From positions 8,882 through 32,881 of the forward strand of contig WRDF01000007.1 in assembly GCA_009783565.1 (NCBI GenBank): 24,000 nt of DNA. Reading direction: 5' to 3'. The notes under the pieces are model-generated. The model was not told where the DNA came from and did no database searches. It was given only the letters and a program-made list of their open reading frames with translations. Position numbers and translations under genes: made by a program. Positions within the stretch are counted from its first letter, which is position 1. Each line of letters begins with the position of its first letter. The DNA is from Rikenellaceae bacterium. Lineage in GTDB: Bacteria; Bacteroidota; Bacteroidia; Bacteroidales; Rikenellaceae. Shown one piece after another: positions 16,364 through 22,568 of this stretch.

Positions 16364-17378
16364 TTAGAAGTTATGGTAGCAACACGAAGTGGAGAGCGAC
16401 CAACGGGAGCCGAAGCGTAGGGTTGCGATCGGCCTGCCCTCAATGCCGACCATCGGGAGCAAGAGGGTTCAGCGAGACAAGTTCAGATGTCCCTGAACTT
16501 GGATGCCAGGCCGTAGCCCTCCGCAGGAGCAAGGTTTGTCCGAAGGGAATCCGAAAAGCCGTAGAGGCATTTTCGGGTTACCCGGACGATTACCTTGCTC
16601 CTTCTTTTTTTGAAGAGTGGAGGTGCGGTGAACGCGGCGACACTCTTCACGAAAGCGGAGCTTTCGATGGCCGAGCAAAGGGCGGGGCGGGTGGAGAGCG
16701 GATGCAGTTCGTTCCGGTCGGGAGTGCCTGTTAGGACGGAGGAAAACCCACGACATTTTCCGTAGTCCCGGACAGGCTGCACGGGGTATGGAACGAAAGC
16801 GTGATGGCAGAGCGGGCGGCAGAGCGCAGCGGGTATAGCGGCACTCTTCCCGAATGCGGAGTTTTCGGGATCGGGTTGCGCAGTGAGGTTGGGTGTGCGA
16901 TGGCAGGTCACGGCGGCGCGCAAGCCGGAGAGCCCCCTCGGGAGTTGCTCGTAGGCGCAGCGTTGCCGCAAGTGGCCGGTGAGAGTGAGGAGTATGTCGG
17001 GAGAAGTGCTACGCTCTGTTATTCATGGTCGAGCGGTTAGGATAATAGAGTTGTGTGACATGGCTTGATATTTTTGGTTACGAGACAAATATAACCACCG
17101 TTTACAAGAATGGTTCGGCCTTATGCACCTTTGCATAGTATTGCTACCGATTGCCGGAGAACATCGGTTATTACAGGCGTTCTTACTTAGTATGGGTGGG
17201 ACGGTTCGTCCCGATGCGCTATGGTACTACGACCTGTCGGACGAGCCTGTCGGTGAGCCGATATAGCGGTTATGGCGACACGCTGCCGAGCTTCGGATCG
17301 AAGATCGCATGAAGGCATTGGCGGTATAGTAGTAATAGCAGTATTGGTAATATTGCAAACATTCCTTACCTTTACGTT
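16364..17378. other. roughly 1 kb ORF-less, GC-rich, hairpin-dense region; a candidate oriT plus structured non-coding RNA or regulatory region
   Basis: There is no credible ORF; the track ORFs 16423-16734, 16469-16756, 16483-16971 and 16801-17040 have junk-like composition. Multiple perfect stems and imperfect direct repeats are present (see findings). The position upstream of mobC is where Bacteroides Mob-type oriT sites lie. Confidence 0.5.
16478..16501. repeat. perfect 9-bp-stem hairpin, a candidate oriT inverted repeat
   Basis: caagttcag (16478-16486) / ctgaacttg (16493-16501), 6-nt loop, about 115 nt upstream of the mobC start. Confidence 0.4.
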
Positions 17379-18314
17379 ATGACCGACTTTGACGCTATAT
17401 ACTACCACGACGTACTGCCGGAGTTCGAGGCGGTGCAACGGACGTTGGACGGCTTTACGGAGATAAATTATAACTCTGCGCTCGATGCCTATTACCATCG
17501 CTCAGGGATTAATATGGAGCAAAGCCTCGGATTCCTCGAACAGCAGATGCTCGATATTCTTACCGATAATCCCCCGTTGGCGAGCATTCCTGTTTACTAT
17601 GACAACGGCCGCGAAAACTATCTGTGGTACAGCGACTTTTACGATGACATTACCAAAGAATGTCTTGTGAAATACAGCAAATTCGCTCCGCTTGCCGTAC
17701 AGATAACCCCCGCCAACTATGCAATAGAACTCGACAAAGTAGATTTGCCATATTTCAAAGAGTTGGTGAAACTCGTCGGACTTATACGTCTGATAGCGTT
17801 TATGGAGGGTAAGGTGGTAAAAATCGATGAACCGGTCGAAGCCGGCGAAGAGCCTTTCGATCCGAGCACCATAACCCCCGATGCGCTCCCGTCGCCCACA
17901 CGATCTTACGAACCGAAAATGAGCGGAGAGCAACTTTCGTTGCTCATGGAGTGCATAAAAACGCTCGGATTGTTCAAAGACAGGATAACTGCGGCACAAC
18001 TCGGAGAACTCCTCGAAGGCAAACAACCCCGCCTGTTCCGTGTTACCAATCAGAAAATATTGGTATTCCTGTTCGACAGCCTTGCAGAGAACGGATATAT
18101 CAAAAAGAGTTGGATTTCTGTGGCAGGGTATAATTGCGACTTCGCTTCGGTTCAGCCCCGCTGGATGGAGCGCAAACACGGTTCGAGGCTTCACCATATC
18201 ACCTCACAGCAACTCACCAACTGTCGCCGGTTGAATAAGATTCAGTCAATAAAAGGTGTCAATACTATCGAGGAGACGATAGAGCGGATGGCGGATCGGA
18301 CTGATTCGGACTGA
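17379..18314 (+). CDS. hypothetical two-domain protein (no family recognised)
   Basis: 311-aa ORF with protein-like composition. An acidic or Pro-rich linker (EPVEAGEEPFDPSTITPDALPSPT) separates an N-terminal domain from a C-terminal region that looks like a winged-helix. The antisense 231-aa ORF is judged a shadow. Confidence 0.55.
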   Translation: MTDFDAIYYHDVLPEFEAVQRTLDGFTEINYNSALDAYYHRSGINMEQSLGFLEQQMLDILTDNPPLASIPVYYDNGRENYLWYSDFYDDITKECLVKYSKFAPLAVQITPANYAIELDKVDLPYFKELVKLVGLIRLIAFMEGKVVKIDEPVEAGEEPFDPSTITPDALPSPTRSYEPKMSGEQLSLLMECIKTLGLFKDRITAAQLGELLEGKQPRLFRVTNQKILVFLFDSLAENGYIKKSWISVAGYNCDFASVQPRWMERKHGSRLHHITSQQLTNCRRLNKIQSIKGVNTIEETIERMADRTDSD

Positions 18315-18397
18315 ATTCATGCACTGTATATCAGGCGCTTACAAGCGTAGTGTCATACTGTGATGTTATCATAACATATCGCGGTTTTCGGCTTCCA

Positions 18398-18405
18398 TAT
18401 ATTTG
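18398..18405 (+). promoter_or_regulatory. TAnnTTTG -7 box facing the DUF3408/HTH genes, now separated from them by the IS
   Basis: tatatttg at 18398-18405. There is no ORF between it and the IS insertion point at 18547/18548. Confidence 0.35.
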
Positions 18406-18539
18406 CACCCGAAGCTGGAACCGCCGCGTGCAATGAAGCACGTCGGTCTATCCTCCGGCGCACGGTGCCATGAACAGAGCCAACCGGATAAGGGATACCT
18501 GAGAAGTGTCCCCCACGCAGACAAACAAAACCGATCATT

Positions 18540-18547
18540 AATCTTAA
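18540..18547. repeat. left copy of the 8-bp target-site duplication AATCTTAA
   Basis: Identical to 21055-21062 and directly abuts IR-L. Confidence 0.85.
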
Positions 18548-18570
18548 GGTAACTATATATCAAATTACAG
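18548..18570 (+). repeat. IR-L of the IS1595-family element
   Basis: ggtaactatatatcaaattacag, which is the exact reverse complement of 21032-21054. Confidence 0.9.
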
Positions 18571-18583
18571 TGACTTCCAATTA

Positions 18584-18612
18584 GGGCTGAGTTTTACCTC
18601 AGCCCATTTTTT
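18584..18612 (+). terminator. plus-oriented intrinsic terminator just inside IR-L
   Basis: gggctgag (18584-18591) / ctcagccc (18598-18605), 6-nt loop, then atttttt. It is oriented to stop transcription entering the IS from the left, and it also lies 3' of the minus-strand 168-aa gene. Confidence 0.55.
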
Positions 18613-19117
18613 ATTTGTAATATTTTTCAAAAAATCCCAATACATCCTGCCTATGCTCTGGTTTGAAAAACCAAAAATGATATTCATTTCTACCTGTAAA
18701 GGAATTCTTTTTTACAACAACTTTAAGACTGGTTTTCCCATCCCTAAATTCATGTGAATTTATATTTTGTGGATTTTGGGATACATAGCAATGATAATTT
18801 GAATTATTTCCATAGTGTGCTGCACTCTGTTCTGCGAAATCTGAATTAGTGATTACAGCATGCTCTAAAAAACAAATCCCATTTCCATTAAAATAAGTGT
18901 AGTAATCTGTCCCTCTACTTCCCCACCAATATTTATCATATCCATTGGTGGGACTTGTGCTTACTTCATCTGCAAAACTTTTGGGAGCAATTTGTCTGGT
19001 AACTCCTGCCCTAACCTCTGCTTTTGTTTTCCCTAAATAATTTTGGGAGTAGCTGTTTCCAATACCAATTACCAATGTAGCAAGTGCTACCAATGTAATT
19101 CTTACAAACCTTTTCAT
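18611..19117 (-). CDS. secreted hypothetical protein (IS passenger)
   Basis: 168-aa ORF with a signal peptide MKRFVRITLVALATLVIGIGNSYSQ. The mature part is rich in aromatic residues and Asn. No family recognised. Confidence 0.6.
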   Translation of the reverse strand: MKRFVRITLVALATLVIGIGNSYSQNYLGKTKAEVRAGVTRQIAPKSFADEVSTSPTNGYDKYWWGSRGTDYYTYFNGNGICFLEHAVITNSDFAEQSAAHYGNNSNYHCYVSQNPQNINSHEFRDGKTSLKVVVKKNSFTGRNEYHFWFFKPEHRQDVLGFFEKYYK

Positions 19118-19400
19118 AACTCAACAATTTTACTTCCCTATGTAGCCCTGATAGAGTGGTTAATTGTCAAGAAAGAGGTGGGCTACTACCTAAGTACTTG
19201 TTAGGTATCGCCAAACACCTGTATATACCATAGACAGACAGCCCACCATGAGAAACATGGATAGACCAATCTGTACCTTAGTATATACTGTCTTAATGGC
19301 GATTTTAACAAGTATAAGGCACTTCCTTATTTTAATATTCCAAAGAACTTTGCAAATGTAATGAAATTTCAGTATATTTGCTTTGCTAAAACTATTTGCT

Positions 19401-19583
19401 ATGACTAAATGTGCACACAACTACATCGTTACTCCTTATGGTAAGGAATGCTCAATATGTGGTGATATTATTCTAAATCCTCTACTAAATAATGTTACAG
19501 GTTCTATTTGTGAAGAAACACCTGATTATATAAAGGAAATTGAAGCTGAAATAGAAGAACAAGGAAAATCAGTTACCCCTTAA
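19401..19583 (+). CDS. small Cys-containing hypothetical protein, 60 aa (IS passenger, tentative)
   Basis: ATG 19401 is preceded by a tatatttg -7 box at 19373-19380. The product is MTKCAHNYIVTPYGKECSICGD... followed by an acidic tail. It is short and its 3' end overlaps the convergent 90-aa gene by 15 nt, so support is weak. Confidence 0.3.
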   Translation: MTKCAHNYIVTPYGKECSICGDIILNPLLNNVTGSICEETPDYIKEIEAEIEEQGKSVTP

Positions 19584-19841
19584 TAAATCATCTTTTGTGG
19601 GTCTAAAAATAATCTGTGCCAATTTATCAATATCCTCTCGTGAGATTGTAGGCATAATGGTAGGCATTTGTTCTCTAAACATTTCTTCTGTTACGCCTCG
19701 TTTCTTATAATCTTCCCTTAATTTAGGGACAGAGATATATTTAGCCCTATCTTGATTTGGTTTCAAATTGACCCTATACTTAAATATCAGTTTAAGAGTA
19801 TCCTTAAACTCCTGTCCAGTAGTTTTTTCTTTTTTACTCAT
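19569..19841 (-). CDS. 90-aa hypothetical protein translationally coupled to the transposase
   Basis: ATG 19841-19839 overlaps the transposase TGA (19840-19838) as ATGA. The product MSKKEKTTGQEFKDTLKLIFKYRVNL... is basic and helical-looking. The track ORF starts 15 codons upstream, inside the transposase. Confidence 0.5.
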   Translation of the reverse strand: MSKKEKTTGQEFKDTLKLIFKYRVNLKPNQDRAKYISVPKLREDYKKRGVTEEMFREQMPTIMPTISREDIDKLAQIIFRPTKDDLLRGN

Positions 19842-20758
19842 GCTGCAATCAATTCTTGATAGGTCAATCTGTGATTTGTATTGCAAAGTAACAAATTAAA
19901 TCTGTTCCTATCACTAATTTTCCTGGTGTTGTATCTGAATGTAAACTCATCCACATATTTTTGTAAATGTTTTGGACTCATGTAATGATAAATTCCAATA
20001 TAGCCTCTTTTCAGTAAAGTCCAAAATCCCTCAATAGTGTTAGTATGGGCAATTCCATTTACATATTGACCCCTACCATGATCTACTGAATAGTGAGGAT
20101 ACATTTTTGCAACATCATTATACCCTGCCCATTCATCCGTGTAGAGAGTTGTATCGGGTTTTATGTGTTTCAAAATATTTGGTGTTATCTGTTGCTTTGA
20201 GGTATTTTCCATAACCTTGCCAATAACATCACCCTCCCTTTGAAGCATACCCAGTACAGGTGTTTTATCTATACAAGCTCTGCCTTGTGAATTTTTGACC
20301 TTTTTGCTTTCATGTCTATTTTTATTCTTTCCTCCAATAAAAGTCTCATCACATTCCACTTCTCCTTCAAGTTGCATTTTATCCTTATAGGCCAAGCAGA
20401 ACCTTATCCTTTGCAATATATACCAAGCTGTTTTCTGTGTTACTCCCAAATCCCTTGCTAACTGTAATGAAGAAATCCCCTTTTTGTTGGACAGTATCAA
20501 CCATATTGCAATGAACCATTTTCTGAGAGGTAATTTGGTACTGCTGAATATTGTTCCGGTCTTTATATTGAATATCCTTTGGGTGTTTTTACACATGAAT
20601 CTGTGGTTACCCAGGTTATATACCTTGGATGCTTCATCAAAAGGTGAAACTACTCCATCAGACCAACACAATTTTTCAAGATAATTGTAGCAAGTTTCTT
20701 CATTTGGGAATGCCTCCATCAGTTCAAATAAAGAATCGAATTTAGTTACATCAATCAT
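19838..20758 (-). CDS. IS1595-family (ISXO2-like) DDE transposase with an N-terminal zinc-ribbon
   Basis: CDETFIGG, LYTDEWAGY and HTNTIEGFWTLLKRG are DDE_Tnp_IS1595 hallmarks. An N-terminal Cys-containing region and an HTH (ISSLQLARDLGVTQKTAW) are also present. Confidence 0.9.
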   Translation of the reverse strand: MIDVTKFDSLFELMEAFPNEETCYNYLEKLCWSDGVVSPFDEASKVYNLGNHRFMCKNTQRIFNIKTGTIFSSTKLPLRKWFIAIWLILSNKKGISSLQLARDLGVTQKTAWYILQRIRFCLAYKDKMQLEGEVECDETFIGGKNKNRHESKKVKNSQGRACIDKTPVLGMLQREGDVIGKVMENTSKQQITPNILKHIKPDTTLYTDEWAGYNDVAKMYPHYSVDHGRGQYVNGIAHTNTIEGFWTLLKRGYIGIYHYMSPKHLQKYVDEFTFRYNTRKISDRNRFNLLLCNTNHRLTYQELIAA

Positions 20759-21031
20759 AGCACTACCTTTAAGCTCTTGCTCAAATATACAAATAATATT
20801 TCTGATTTACAACCATTTAATGTTGTTTTTAACAAAAATAGTGTAAGATTTGCACATTTCAAAATTTCATAGTACTTTTGAAAAGCAATGGGGTGCTGGT
20901 ACCACCCCATTGCAACAACTGCTCACCACTTAAAAAGAGAAAATTATGAACAGTATTATTATTGTAGGCTATGTTATGACTCCAGCTGGATTAGAATGGG
21001 TTTGGTATGAGTAAGTAAGTATTAGTTCATG

Positions 21032-21054
21032 CTGTAATTTGATATATAGTTACC
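21032..21054 (-). repeat. IR-R of the IS1595-family element
   Basis: ctgtaatttgatatatagttacc, which is the reverse complement of IR-L. Confidence 0.9.
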
Positions 21055-21062
21055 AATCTTAA
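21055..21062. repeat. right copy of the 8-bp target-site duplication AATCTTAA
   Basis: Identical to 18540-18547 and directly abuts IR-R. Confidence 0.85.
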
Positions 21063-21074
21063 AACACCCTAATT

Positions 21075-21427
21075 ATGACTGATTTGGAATCGGGCAATAA
21101 TGACTTGCCCGAAATTATCGACGATACCACATGAACAGGTAAAGGTCGGCAGACCACGAAGAGGGACGACAGAGAGGAGTATGCCCGCAGGTTCCTCGCG
21201 ATCCGAAAGATCAAGGACTACACGCCGGTATATATCGATGCCCGTATGAAGAAAAACTGCAAACGCTGGTTTCCTCTTTGCAGCACATCGTACCGGAGAT
21301 CACGCCTACTATACTTCTGTCGAACATTTTGGCCGACCATCTGGTGACAAACAAAGATTTGATAACCCGTGCGGCCAACGAAAGGTTAAAGCGTTCGCTG
21401 GCAAGCACATTCAACGAAAAAGAGTAA
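21075..21427 (+). pseudogene. DUF3408-like gene (Bacteroides mobile-element backbone) disrupted by an in-frame TGA and a frameshift
   Basis: ATG 21075 is followed by an in-frame TGA at 21132-21134. The same frame continues ...KRDDREEYARRFLAIRKIKDYTPVYIDARMKK. At the A5 run (21252-21256) the protein-like reading moves to another frame (LQTLVSSLQHIVPEITPTILLSNILADHLVTNKDLI...EKE, stop 21425-21427). The pattern resembles DUF3408 proteins as I recall them. Confidence 0.5.
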
Positions 21428-21431
21428 AGCT

Positions 21432-21713
21432 ATGAATGTAATATGTATAGAGCACTCGGCTTGGGTAGTGTTGAAGCAACGCCTGAGCCTGCTGACCTCC
21501 GAGGTCGAAGAGATGAGATCTTTATATTGCCCGAACCCGCCCGACGGATGATTGGACTCCGGCGACGTGTGCCGCCTGTTGGGATTATCCAAGCGAACCT
21601 TGCAGAGTTGGCGTGCGAGCGGCAGGATACCATTCTCGATGCTCAGCGGCAAGGTTTACTTTAAGGAGTCGGATATCGACGCACTGCTCAAAAACGGCAT
21701 GAACCCGAAGTAG
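21432..21713 (+). pseudogene. HTH_17 (excisionase/MerR-like) DNA-binding protein gene interrupted by an in-frame TGA
   Basis: ATG 21432 opens MNVICIEHSAWVVLKQRLSLLTSEVEEMRSLYCPNPPDG. TGA follows at 21549-21551, and the same frame continues LDSGDVCRLLGLSKRTLQSWRASGRIPFSMLSGKVYFKESDIDALLKNGMNPK to TAG 21711-21713. This is not in the ORF track because each half is under 60 aa. Homologues as I recall them have Trp at this position (the WLD motif). Confidence 0.6.
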
Positions 21714-21715
21714 CT

Positions 21716-22108
21716 ATGGAGGAGTTTATAACCCGTGAGTCCGATGAGTTCAAGGAGCTTATTGGACAGATCGACATGGCTCGCCGCAGTGTGACGACAG
21801 TGCGCTCGAAGTGGCGACCGACGCTCGCCGACGAACGCTATCTGAGCGGTGACGAGGTGATGAAATACCTCCACATCTCGCTGCGAACGTTGCAAACCCT
21901 GCGTGACAACGGAATAATCGGCTACACGACCATAGGAGGCAACCGAGGCTTGTCGAGCTCACTGACCGGAGCCCGTAATTATTCGCACGCAGGCGAAGTC
22001 TGCGGTGGACGGCTCGTTAAAGCGAAGGGAGGTAAAATACTATATCCGGAACGGGAACTGCAAAAGGTACTCCGCGATAACTATACGCCACCGGAACCGC
22101 CGTTCTAA
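21716..22108 (+). CDS. HTH_17 (excisionase-like) DNA-binding protein carrying an apparent 31-aa internal insertion
   Basis: ERYLSGDEVMKYLHISLRTLQTLRDNGIIGYTTIGG ... GKILYPERELQKVLRDNY matches the second member of the tandem HTH pair in Bacteroides mobile elements. Residues 76-106 have no counterpart in my recollection of the family. Confidence 0.65.
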   Translation: MEEFITRESDEFKELIGQIDMARRSVTTVRSKWRPTLADERYLSGDEVMKYLHISLRTLQTLRDNGIIGYTTIGGNRGLSSSLTGARNYSHAGEVCGGRLVKAKGGKILYPERELQKVLRDNYTPPEPPF

Positions 22109-22187
22109 TTCTAATGATGAGAGAGCCTGTGCTATTATGCGCAGGCCCTCTTGTTTTAATACAGCTACTAATATTGGCTAGCGACAT

Positions 22188-22568
22188 CTAATTGACTTCT
22201 TTGACCGAGCCGCAGCCAATTATGATATGTGGCTTTATTGGTGACGACGACTTTGTCATTGCCTTACCGATTACCCACTTTCTGAACGTGTCGGCGGCAG
22301 GAGAATCGAGCCGGAAGGCCAAAGCAATGATTATATCCATACCGACCGATTCCGGCATAAGAGTATTTCCCATAGGCGTTACCGGGCAGTCCAACGGTAG
22401 CCTAACCGCACCGGAGCGGATAATCGCCCTGATATTGGCGGTAATGGTAGCTGTATATACTCCTAACAACTGTGCCAACTCCCAATGGGTCAGTCGAATC
22501 TCTCCGTCCGATCCCGGCTCGACAATAACCCGCGAGTCATCTATCGTTATTCTTCCACTTCGTTTCAT
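22188..22568 (-). CDS. RhuM-like DNA-binding protein (short form)
   Basis: LTHWELAQLLGVYTATITANIRAII (HTH) and MDIIIALAFRLDSPAADTFRKWVIGKA resemble the RhuM-family core (NLDAIISVGYRVNS..A..FRQWAT). The ATG overlaps the integrase stop as ATGA. Confidence 0.45.
   Translation of the reverse strand: MKRSGRITIDDSRVIVEPGSDGEIRLTHWELAQLLGVYTATITANIRAIIRSGAVRLPLDCPVTPMGNTLMPESVGMDIIIALAFRLDSPAADTFRKWVIGKAMTKSSSPIKPHIIIGCGSVKEVN

Larger units (their letters stand above)
18548..21054 (-). mobile_element. IS1595-family insertion sequence, 2507 bp, carrying passenger ORFs
   Basis: Perfect 23-bp terminal inverted repeats GGTAACTATATATCAAATTACAG (18548-18570, and the reverse complement at 21032-21054). 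It is flanked by the 8-bp direct repeat AATCTTAA, contains an IS1595-type DDE transposase, and is an AT-rich block. Confidence 0.85.

Noticed and set aside
16423-17040. Track ORFs 16423-16734 (+), 16469-16756 (-), 16483-16971 (-) and 16801-17040 (+) as possible genes
   Set aside because: They overlap one another in several frames, have Arg/Gly/Pro/Cys-rich junk-like composition, and lack a start context or recognisable motifs. I treat the region as non-coding.
17502-18197. 231-aa minus-strand ORF opposite the 311-aa gene
   Set aside because: It lies entirely inside the longer plus-strand ORF. Its composition is less protein-like, and the plus ORF begins right after the intergenic region. It is judged an antisense shadow.
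21132-21551. TGA reassignment (code 4/25-like) to explain two in-frame TGAs in adjacent genes
   Set aside because: The integrase (stop at 22565-22567) and the IS transposase (stop at 19838-19840) terminate with TGA. The long island ORFs in the track contain no internal TGA, and a frameshift accompanies the lesions. Pseudogenisation is the simpler explanation.
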